Of a DNA stretch of 61,225 nucleotides, positions 1 to 8,900 are shown piece by piece. Position 1 is the stretch's first letter. The number at the start of each line of letters is the position of its first letter. This DNA is from a virus (lineage: Duplodnaviria; Caudoviricetes), in IMG/VR virus record IMGVR_UViG_3300043437_000207, positions 1 to 61,225 of that record. One strand, written 5' to 3'. Made by a program: the position numbers and the translations under genes. Below the pieces are notes generated by a model. The model made no database searches. It saw only the letters and a list, made by a program, of their open reading frames with translations, and was not told where the DNA came from.

Positions 1-2
1 TA

Positions 3-1247
3 ACTTATATAAATGCATCTTTTGAAGTTATTACAACATCTGGTAATACAAATATTTGTTCTTACATAGAACCTAGAGTAATAGGAGGAACAGAAGGTGT
101 TGTTTTTGATTTTGGAAACTGTGTTGAGGGTTTATGTCCAGAAATTTGTTTTGAATTTACAAACTGTAAAACTGAAGAAACATTAATTGTATCTAACACT
201 ACAGCAATTCTTGGATACTATGCAAACAATAATGTAGTTACCCTACAGGGCTATGATGGTTGTTGGTCAATAGATATTGCAGCAGAACCTTGTGACTGTG
301 CTGTAAATGTAACTGTACTTCAAGTATTTAATTCTTGTTTTACATGTTTACCAATAATTGCATATAAGTTTACTAACTGTAATAATCAATCCATTGTTAA
401 ATATAGTACTGATGATTACTCAACTTATGTAGGTTACACAGTAATACTTGATTGTGGAGAATGCTGGTTTGTTGATTTAATTGATTACCAACCACCGGCT
501 ACTCAGACAATAGTTATTGTAACAGAGTTTGAGTCTTGTTTAGCTTGTAGTAGAACATATTATCAATTAGAGGATTGTTCAGGACCAGACGTTATTTATA
601 CTTATACTGATTTGTCCACCTTTGTTGGAAATGTTGTAAAACTTCAAGATTGTGCAACATGTTGGGAAGTCTCTGAGCTACCTGAACCAGGTATTGATCA
701 ATCTAGTGAAGCTACAGAAGTTAAAGTAGTAATTGATTATACTGATTGTCCAGCATGTCTTGCAGAACTTGCTTGTAGATGTTCTGTTGCTTGGCCAAAT
801 ACTTCTGGAGTATTATCTTATATAGATTGCACCGGTACCCCAGTTACCCTTACAGGTTTAGATCCTGATACACAATCTGAAAAAGTATGTGTAAGAGAAT
901 GGATAACAGCAAGAGAACCAATTTATTTTGGAGACTGTGTTAATGGTAACTGTCCAGTTGAACCTCTTCCTAAAAGATTTATTAGACCTGGCTATTACAC
1001 ACCTGCATGTGATACAGAAAGATTTGAAAAGGTAACATGTAATGCAGCAGAGATGTTATACAAAACAGTACTTACTGCAAGATATGGTATTTCAAATTGT
1101 TGCTATGCTCCGGATGATAAATGGATCATTAGAAAGGAACTGATAGACTTACAAGCAGTAAGAGATCCAAATTATGCTTGTACTCCAACTCAATCATGTT
1201 GTAATAATACATCATCTTGTGGATGTGGATCTTGCAATTCTAGATAA
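3..1247 (+). CDS. Cys-rich repeat virion protein, 5'-truncated (true ORF runs from the window edge; the 612 TTG start in the track is internal)
   Basis: The frame of 612..1247 is open from position 3 (TYINASFEV...). It has three ~65-aa repeats [YF]x[FL]x[ND]C...CW...[FY]x[SD]CxxC, two FG[ND]CV[EN]G[LN]CP motifs and a Cys-cluster C-terminus (SCCNNTSSCGCGSC). Confidence 0.75.
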   Translation, partial: TYINASFEVITTSGNTNICSYIEPRVIGGTEGVVFDFGNCVEGLCPEICFEFTNCKTEETLIVSNTTAILGYYANNNVVTLQGYDGCWSIDIAAEPCDCAVNVTVLQVFNSCFTCLPIIAYKFTNCNNQSIVKYSTDDYSTYVGYTVILDCGECWFVDLIDYQPPATQTIVIVTEFESCLACSRTYYQLEDCSGPDVIYTYTDLSTFVGNVVKLQDCATCWEVSELPEPGIDQSSEATEVKVVIDYTDCPACLAELACRCSVAWPNTSGVLSYIDCTGTPVTLTGLDPDTQSEKVCVREWITAREPIYFGDCVNGNCPVEPLPKRFIRPGYYTPACDTERFEKVTCNAAEMLYKTVLTARYGISNCCYAPDDKWIIRKELIDLQAVRDPNYACTPTQSCCNNTSSCGCGSCNSR

Positions 1248-1263
1248 TTTTTAGTATATTATA
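1231..1263 (+). promoter_or_regulatory. Putative late promoter CTTG-N17-TAGTATATT
   Basis: TAGTATATT at 1252-1260, just upstream of ATG 1278. The same motif and spacing recur at 3669, 16214 and 21662 and resemble Bacteroidota -33/-7 promoters. Confidence 0.55.
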
Positions 1264-1277
1264 ATAATAGAGAAAGT

Positions 1278-2981
1278 ATGAAACCATTAAATTTAGATAA
1301 TAGACCATGTAGTCCAATCTCAAGTAACTGTGTTATTTGGCAGGGACCTGATATCCCATGCATTAAATTGTGCACGGGAGATTCTGTATCAGATGTAGTA
1401 TTCAAACTTGCTACAGAGTTATGTATCATCATGGATCAATTAAATGTGACTAACTATGATTTGTCTTGTTTAGGGATTAATTCTTGTCCTCCAGAAGATT
1501 TTCATGCTTTGATCCAATTATTAATTGATAAGGTCTGTGAAGCAAACGGAGTTACTGTCACAGAAGGAAAAGCATCAGGATGTCCTGACTGTGTTGTATC
1601 AGTAGCACCATGTTTTGTTGAAGGTACTCAAACTACCATGCAATTACTTGACTATGTACAAATGATTGCAAATAGAGTTTGTTCCATCTTAGATCAGATT
1701 AATGTTATCAATAATCAGATTACAAATTTAGATAATAGAGTAACTGTATTGGAGAATACACCTCCGCCAACATTTACTCTTCCAAGCATTAGTACAGGTT
1801 GTTTGGCTACTTATATGGGTAATCTTGCATCTGCACCAATTGATCAAGTACTTAATACATTATTAAATAATAGTACAATTGGTTACTGTAGTTTAATCCA
1901 AGCTACCGGTTTACCTGCAGATATTTTGTCTGCGGTAGCTAGTCAATGTATAGCATCAACGGATGATTCTCTAGCTTCATTAGCTGCAGGAGATTCTCCA
2001 GTTGAACCAATGTCAACATACTATAATGGTACTTGGGTAAACTCTCCAGCTAATGCTGCAGATGCAATTACTAACTTGTGGATTTCATTATGTGATATTA
2101 GAACTTATCTTGAAACATTACCTTTAAGTGTACAAGATACAACTTCAATAGATCTTACATATACAGATGGTACTCTTTCGGCAAATGTTGTTGATACAGG
2201 TTGGGTTAACTTACTTAATTTTTCAGAATTAGATGGTGGATATTATGCAGATGATACTACTACAAATTCAATAATTCCACAATGTAGAAGAATTGGAAAT
2301 GTTGTTCATTTTAGAGGTAGATTAGTTGTTCCTTTAGCATCAAGTGTTAGTGGTCCACCCTTAGTATATTCAATTTCAACAACTACTAATACATATATTG
2401 CAAATACAACAGTTGTACCGTCTCAAACTGGAACAGGAAGTGTTTTCTTAAACGCACCTGGAAGTGTGGTGTTTAATAATAATGCAAACATAATTCCTTC
2501 ATCAGTAGTAGGAGCTGGACAAAATTTTGATAATTCATACGTAGCAAAATTTTCAATTGGTGATAGACTTATAGGAGTAGATGATAGTTCAACAATATTA
2601 ACAACGGTAGCAAATATAATTATCACGACAGATAAAAAATTAATTGTTCAACTTGTTAAAGATGTTGAAGATACACAAGTTACTGGATATACAAGTATGC
2701 AGGGTATTAGTACATCACCATTAAATTATATAATATCGCATGTTACTTTAGATGAATATTTACCTGATTTTGCAAGTGCTTCTACAAATATAAACAGTGG
2801 TGCTGCATCAGGTACACAACCTGTAACTATCAATTTCAAAACTTTACAATATCCATTTAGTTGTGATGCTAATCAACAAGATCAGATTGGAGGATTTTCA
2901 TTTACATTAGATGGTTTAACTGCCTACTTGGATCCTTGTAATACAGATATTAAACCAACTAAAAATTGTAGTGTAGGTTAA
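1278..2981 (+). CDS. Cys-rich fibre/spike-like structural protein
   Basis: N-terminal C-x-CV(I)WQG-x-C module, heptad coiled coil (INNQITNLDNRVTVLEN) and a beta-rich Ser/Thr C-terminus with the RRIGNVVHFRG motif typical of phage fibre tips; lies in the structural block. Confidence 0.55.
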   Translation: MKPLNLDNRPCSPISSNCVIWQGPDIPCIKLCTGDSVSDVVFKLATELCIIMDQLNVTNYDLSCLGINSCPPEDFHALIQLLIDKVCEANGVTVTEGKASGCPDCVVSVAPCFVEGTQTTMQLLDYVQMIANRVCSILDQINVINNQITNLDNRVTVLENTPPPTFTLPSISTGCLATYMGNLASAPIDQVLNTLLNNSTIGYCSLIQATGLPADILSAVASQCIASTDDSLASLAAGDSPVEPMSTYYNGTWVNSPANAADAITNLWISLCDIRTYLETLPLSVQDTTSIDLTYTDGTLSANVVDTGWVNLLNFSELDGGYYADDTTTNSIIPQCRRIGNVVHFRGRLVVPLASSVSGPPLVYSISTTTNTYIANTTVVPSQTGTGSVFLNAPGSVVFNNNANIIPSSVVGAGQNFDNSYVAKFSIGDRLIGVDDSSTILTTVANIIITTDKKLIVQLVKDVEDTQVTGYTSMQGISTSPLNYIISHVTLDEYLPDFASASTNINSGAASGTQPVTINFKTLQYPFSCDANQQDQIGGFSFTLDGLTAYLDPCNTDIKPTKNCSVG

Positions 2982-2994
2982 AAAATAAAATATT

Positions 2995-3564
2995 ATGGCA
3001 ACAAATTGTACAAACTGCGGATGCAGTAAATTAAAGTGTGGCTGTCAAGATACAATGTTGACAACACCAGCAGCATTTCCTACTCCAGTAGGATGTCCTA
3101 AGCCGGAACCATGCTCTGAAGCTTTTGATTCTCAATGTGTATATTATACAGGAGATAATATCTTGTGTGATACTGATATTGTAGTCACTAAAAATGATAC
3201 TATAGAAACAGCATTAAATGATATAGTAGATTACTTTTGTAATAATACTCCTGTACCAACAGCAAATATATTAAAAGTTACTATTAATAAAAATCTTTTA
3301 AATCCTTTAAAGTTAGATTCTACAATTGTAGGAGGTACAGGACCCTTTATATACAATTGGTCTATTGCTCAAAATGTATTTATGGGTCATAACTTTAATG
3401 GTTCTACTACTATAAATAGTGCACTTTTTACTATAACTACCGATGGTATTCGCACTGTATCAGGTGAAGCCTTATATCAAACATTAGTAAAATTAGAAGT
3501 TACTGATGCTAATGGAAATTACGGTTCTGCATATTATTTATTTTCTACATTAATACCTGACTAA
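2995..3564 (+). CDS. Cys-rich structural protein with a C-terminal SprB/PKD-like Ig domain
   Basis: Shares the CVYYTG-x-C module with 1278..2981. C-terminal GGTGPFIYNWS...VTDANG resembles the SprB repeat/PKD signature. Confidence 0.5.
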   Translation: MATNCTNCGCSKLKCGCQDTMLTTPAAFPTPVGCPKPEPCSEAFDSQCVYYTGDNILCDTDIVVTKNDTIETALNDIVDYFCNNTPVPTANILKVTINKNLLNPLKLDSTIVGGTGPFIYNWSIAQNVFMGHNFNGSTTINSALFTITTDGIRTVSGEALYQTLVKLEVTDANGNYGSAYYLFSTLIPD

Positions 3565-3602
3565 AAAATATTAAGTTACAGTTTGTTGGTTTCTGTGACA
3601 AC

Positions 3603-3640
3603 AAAGCAAAGCCCCTGCACTTGTAGGGGTTTTGTTTTTT
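3603..3640 (+). terminator. Rho-independent terminator
   Basis: AAAGCCCCTGCA-CT-TGTAGGGGTTTT hairpin followed by a T-tract, downstream of stop 3564. Confidence 0.8.
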
Positions 3641-3647
3641 ATGTACA

Positions 3648-3679
3648 TTTGCTAATGTCATTTATTTTTAGTATATTAT
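3648..3679 (+). promoter_or_regulatory. Putative late promoter TTTG-N17-TAGTATATT
   Basis: TTTG at 3648-3651 and TAGTATATTAT at 3669-3679, directly before ATG 3681 and just after a terminator. Confidence 0.6.
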
Positions 3680-3680
3680 T

Positions 3681-4262
3681 ATGGAGGAATTTAAGAAGCC
3701 AGATGTAAAAGCGCCTAGGTTTAGACCGGATGTTTATAATGTAATGAATAAAAAGTTCTTTGAAAGTTTTAGAGAAAGATATCCAAAGTATAAACACTTA
3801 GATGATACTCAGTTAAGGAAGATTGGAAAGACCTTTAACCAAGTTATGTATCAGGCGGTTATAGATAATAGAGATGGAATACAACTTCCGGAACAGATTG
3901 GATGGCTTTTTATTGGCTCATGTCAACAGAGTAAGAAACCAAATATTGATTTTGCTAAATCAAAACAATACGGAGTTAGAGTTACTCATAACAATTGGGC
4001 CACAGATGGTAAGCTTGGAAAGATATTCTTTTCAAATTTTGCTCCTAAGCATAGAATAAGAAACAGAGAATATTGGACATTTATTGCATGCAGAGAATTT
4101 AAAAGGAATGCAGGCGCTGCTTATCAGGAAAACTGGAACATGTATCTTACAGTAGCAGCAACAAAACAAGTTAAACTTGCATATACAAAACATCTGTATA
4201 AAGATATGAAAAATAGAGAGACTGCTAAAGCTTTAGAAAACTATAATGAATTTGACTTATGA
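3681..4262 (+). CDS. IHF/HU-like DNA-binding protein of the crAss-like tail module
   Basis: Basic 193-aa protein with the GIQLPEQIGWLFI...PNIDFAKSK pattern; sits immediately before the tail ring genes, as in crAss-like phages. Confidence 0.55.
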   Translation: MEEFKKPDVKAPRFRPDVYNVMNKKFFESFRERYPKYKHLDDTQLRKIGKTFNQVMYQAVIDNRDGIQLPEQIGWLFIGSCQQSKKPNIDFAKSKQYGVRVTHNNWATDGKLGKIFFSNFAPKHRIRNREYWTFIACREFKRNAGAAYQENWNMYLTVAATKQVKLAYTKHLYKDMKNRETAKALENYNEFDL

Positions 4263-4921
4263 CAACAATTGGAGAAGCAATATCAAGAGTAAGAAATACA
4301 TTAAAGGCCGTTAAGGAGGATCCATTCTTAACTGACCGGACAATATATTTTGCATTACTCAAATATGCACAGACTCTTATAAAGAGAGAAGACAATCAAT
4401 TCAGGCTTATGAAAATGAGCCAGATATTTAAGGTGATGCCTTATGTAGAACTTATTGATGTGGATAGAGTAGAAGCAGGGTGTGTTGGTGTGTACTCAGA
4501 ATGTTACTTCAAAAGGTCTAAGGAAAAACTCCCAAATATTTTAAATGGAATGTTTGGTCCTATTATCCGTACAGTATCTTCTATAGATTTATCTATTGAG
4601 ATGTTTAGAACTGATCCTGGAACTTGGACATCAATTACTAAATCTACAACTTTCAAATATAATAAAAACGCATACTTCTGGTATCTTAATGGATATTTAT
4701 ATTGCCCAAACATTGACTGGGATGCAGTTAGAATTGAAGCAATCTTTGATGGGCAATTAGACACCTGTGATACAGATCCTTGCCTTATCAGGCAAGATGA
4801 TCCTTTTGTACTTCCTGAATATCTATTTTCAGAAATAGAACAATATGTAGTAAAAGAATTAACCATGACAATGTCAGTTCCAACAGATGGTCCTGATGAT
4901 AGTCAAAATGTACTTAGATAA
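4259..4921 (+). CDS. Tail ring/adaptor structural protein
   Basis: 220 aa, ATGA-coupled to the upstream gene. N-terminal helix (TIGEAISRVR), YFWYLNGYLY and a C-terminal PTD-x-D-D motif; synteny between the IHF-like and tubular genes. Confidence 0.55.
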   Translation: MTTIGEAISRVRNTLKAVKEDPFLTDRTIYFALLKYAQTLIKREDNQFRLMKMSQIFKVMPYVELIDVDRVEAGCVGVYSECYFKRSKEKLPNILNGMFGPIIRTVSSIDLSIEMFRTDPGTWTSITKSTTFKYNKNAYFWYLNGYLYCPNIDWDAVRIEAIFDGQLDTCDTDPCLIRQDDPFVLPEYLFSEIEQYVVKELTMTMSVPTDGPDDSQNVLR

Positions 4922-5955
4922 TGGACTTTAATTACACACTAAGATATAGAACATTTGACCAGTTACTGGAAGATGTTACTATTGACTTAAATACATTTGC
5001 TCTTGAAAATATGATAGAGCCACAGCAACTTATTAAATTAGTAAGAAAGCTGAACTATGAATTAGGTCTAAGAATAAACCAACAGAAAGAAGCACTGCTG
5101 GAAGTATGCCACGGAAAGGTAAAGCTTCCTGATGACTTCTATGTTTGGAATTATGCAATGGTGTGTAATGAATATACAGAAAGTGTTGGTTATACAGTAG
5201 GTGGAACAAATGTGCAAGAGGTACCATATCAGGAGTTTCCTAGTACTGTAGATGTATGCGCGCCTGAGACTGTAAATTGTAGAACATGTAATTCAAACCC
5301 ATGTAATCATACCGCAGCATGTGATCTTAATCATCCTATAGTAGATCCTATACCAACTGAGTATGATCCAAACAATCCTTATGGCAACACATGCATTGCT
5401 CCAAGAGTATTTATGAATTGCAAAGGAGAACAGTATGAACTTATCCAGGTGGTTAATCCTTCTGTTACTAGAACATATAGATCTTTATCTCCCTTGCGCA
5501 TGGTAAGAAGTCAGGAAATTGATTGTGATTGCCCAAACTTGTATTATAATACAATGGATCAAGGATGGCTGAAAGGAGGCTTCTTATTTACTACATTTCA
5601 TACAGGAAAGGTATATGTTAACTATATGGGAGAAATGGAAGATGATCAAGGACAATTACTTGTACCAGATCACCCACTTCTTAATGAGTACTATGAGTAT
5701 GCACTTAAAAAAAGAATCATTGAAAATCTTGCCCTTAACGGGGAAGATGTAGCACAAAGACTACAACTAATTATTCCTGATTACAGAGCTGCAAGAAACC
5801 AAGCAATGAGTTTAGTTAATACTCCAAACTTTAAAGAGATGGAGGAATTATGGTGGCAGAATAGACGCGCACAGTATTCTAAATACTATGACATGTTTAA
5901 ATCATACCAGAGAGGGAATTACGCAAGAACTTGGAATAATAATAGAGTTATCTAA
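4921..5955 (+). CDS. Tail tubular protein (P22 gp4-like) with a Cys-rich insertion
   Basis: GKVKLPDDF, GKVYVNY and DDQGQLLVPDHP motifs typical of crAss-like tail tubular proteins; precedes the stabilisation protein. Confidence 0.65.
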   Translation: MDFNYTLRYRTFDQLLEDVTIDLNTFALENMIEPQQLIKLVRKLNYELGLRINQQKEALLEVCHGKVKLPDDFYVWNYAMVCNEYTESVGYTVGGTNVQEVPYQEFPSTVDVCAPETVNCRTCNSNPCNHTAACDLNHPIVDPIPTEYDPNNPYGNTCIAPRVFMNCKGEQYELIQVVNPSVTRTYRSLSPLRMVRSQEIDCDCPNLYYNTMDQGWLKGGFLFTTFHTGKVYVNYMGEMEDDQGQLLVPDHPLLNEYYEYALKKRIIENLALNGEDVAQRLQLIIPDYRAARNQAMSLVNTPNFKEMEELWWQNRRAQYSKYYDMFKSYQRGNYARTWNNNRVI

Positions 5956-8900
5956 TGGCTAAGAATAATATTCAAAATACTACAGACAATCAGACAAAGT
6001 CATTTATTAAAGGACTGAACAAAGATTCAGATCCTTCATATGTGACTGATGGTATGTGGACTCATGCTGTTAATGCAATGAACAATACAGCAGAGGGAGA
6101 TGTTGGTACATTATCAAATGAAATCTCAAATTTTCTTTGTGCTAATAGTGGTGCAACTATGCCAGCAACTGTCAGCAAAAAATATGTAATTGGTGCCATT
6201 CAAGTATTTTCTGATAAGTGGTTAATATTCACTGCAGGTCATAATGCATTAGGGCAACCTGTTATGTCTGAGATAGGTTTGTTTGAAGATGATGCTTGTA
6301 GATACCGTCCTATTGTACAAGATGCATGTTTAGGTTTTGATAAAAGATACTTGATATCTGGGTCCTCTAGGGAAAAAGAAGATTGTACATGGCAGGTTTA
6401 CTGGGCGGATGGTCTGAATCCGGATAGATACTTAAACATTGGGGATGATAAAACATGGCCAACATCAGACTATCAATGGGTAGGAGGTGGAGCTTCCAGT
6501 ATGAATTTCTATTCAAACGGAACTGACACAACTTTTTTATGGCCAGGAGTTGAATGGAATCAAAAATGTATAACTGAAAATAATTGCACAGTATGTACTA
6601 ATGTAAATTCATTAAATTGTGAACACATTAGATTGGCTAGACTAATGAAAACACCATGTCTTAATTTGACTTTAGGTTCTCAAGGAGGTACAATGGCTAA
6701 TGGTACATACTTTGCAGTTATTGCATATTGTATTAAAGGTCAAAAAGTAACAGACTGGTTTTCACCTAGTAATAATCAATTTGTATTTACACCAAATGAT
6801 CTTGAAAGCTCATTAGTTCTTGAGGTATCTGCAGATTCAGAAAACTTTGATGAGTTTGTTTTAGCATTGGTACAAAATATAAACCAGGGTACAGTTGCAA
6901 AACAGATTGGTTTTTATTCTACAAAAACTACAACTATTGCAATTGACCAAGTTGATCCTAGTTTGGTAACTATTCCTCTTGAGCAGATTCCAATACAGAC
7001 ACCTGTATTTGAAAAGTCTGATCAGATGACAGATGTAAATAATTATTTACTTCGCGTAGGACCTACATCTAAGTTTGATTTTAACTACCAACCACTTGCT
7101 AATCTTATTCAAGCTAAGTGGGCTTCTGTAGAGTATCCAGCTGACTATTATGTACAAGGTGGTAATCACACTAATTACTTGCGTGATGAAGTGTATGCAT
7201 TCTTTATCCGTTGGGTATATGATACTGGAGATAAATCTTCTTCTTATCACATTCCAGGGAGACCACCACAAAACTTTACTATTCCAACTACAGGAGCTTC
7301 AGTAGCAGAGACAGCAACAGCGGTGTTACCAAATAACTTAGCTACTGATGATCAAGTGTTTGAGGTTTACAATACTGCTTATTCTACTGGTGGTGCATAT
7401 GTTGGTACAACTCTTCCTGATGGTGGTGTTGTGCTAGACACAGGTAATATGGGATATTGGGAATCTTCTGAAATATATCCAGACAATAGGCCAGACATTT
7501 GGAACTCAAGTGAATATTGTTGGACAACTCCTGCAGGACAAAATTCACAGTATGATTTATGCGGGCAACCAATAAGACATCACAAGTTTCCAGAAAACTT
7601 TTTAAATAATAGTGCCAGTACAACAACAGTGCACTTTAGAAATAATCCTAACCCAAGTACATTTGGTAATGATTACTTCATAAGAATTATGGGAGTGTAT
7701 TTTGAAAATATTGTTCTTCCAAAAGATCAAGAAGGAAATGATATTCCTGGTATTGTTGGTTATGAAATTCTACGTGGTTCCCGTGAGGGGAACAAAACTA
7801 TCATTGCCAAAGGTATGGTTAACAACTTCAGAACTTTTACAATAAAAGGTTCTGCAGCAAAAGGCCGTACAGGATTGTATGCTAACTACCCATTTAACAC
7901 AATCAATCCTATAAGCCCTAACTCAGGTGACATGGTAGGTGTTGATGATCCATACATGCATCAAATTAATCAAACTATTCCACAAGATATAGTTTCTTTT
8001 CATTCACCTGATACAATGTTTAGATCTCCATACTTATCAACTACAGAGTTAAAGCTGTATGGTAACTTGTCAGGGTTTTCTTCTCAGCAATTTATTGAAC
8101 CGGATAAACATCCTAGATTCAAATTGCTTGCAGATATAGCATTGTTTCCAATGTTCTTACTTGGTATTGGTGAAGCTATTGTATCTATGATCGGTAAAAG
8201 AACTGATACAGCTCCAAACATTATTCCTGCTACAGGTGTATCTGATGGCGCGGGTGTTGCTGTTACAACATATACAACAGCAGCTACAGGTTTACAAACT
8301 TTACCAACTCCATTGACTTCTCCAATAACATTATACAATACATTCTATAACAACTATTATTCTTCAGGCGCGGCAATTGCAGATATTGGAGCTGGGCTTT
8401 TAGGTATCCCAACTACTGTAGAAGTTGCTGAAGGAGCTATAGTAACTGCATTGAATGCTACTTCTATTGCTCAAGTTAATGCACCTATTATTAGAACAGG
8501 TACAATTGAATTACCAGCATATGCATATTTACCGGCTCCTTTAAGAATTGCGGGAGGAGCAAATCAAATATTGTTTTATTTTTCTGAAGGAGCTAGTACA
8601 ACCTTAGATTTAATCTACGCGTTATTACCATATAGACAATTTGCATTACAACAAATTGCTCATGGTTTTTATAGTGGTATGAATAGAAACCCTGCAGCTA
8701 ATCTATACAGATTTAAGATTGAGGAAAGTTTCTACATGCGTGATAATATCCAGGAAATATCTAGATATCAAACTAATACAGGTGTATGGAAATCTTTCAG
8801 TATAAACAATCTTAAGAGACCAGACTCAGTAGTTGTACGGACAAAATCCGGACCTTACTTTAATCCAGCATATCCTGATGGTGTAACAACAGGTCCAAGT

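Noticed and set aside
612-1247. ORF-track start at TTG 612
   Set aside because: The frame is open back to the window start, so 612 is an internal codon.
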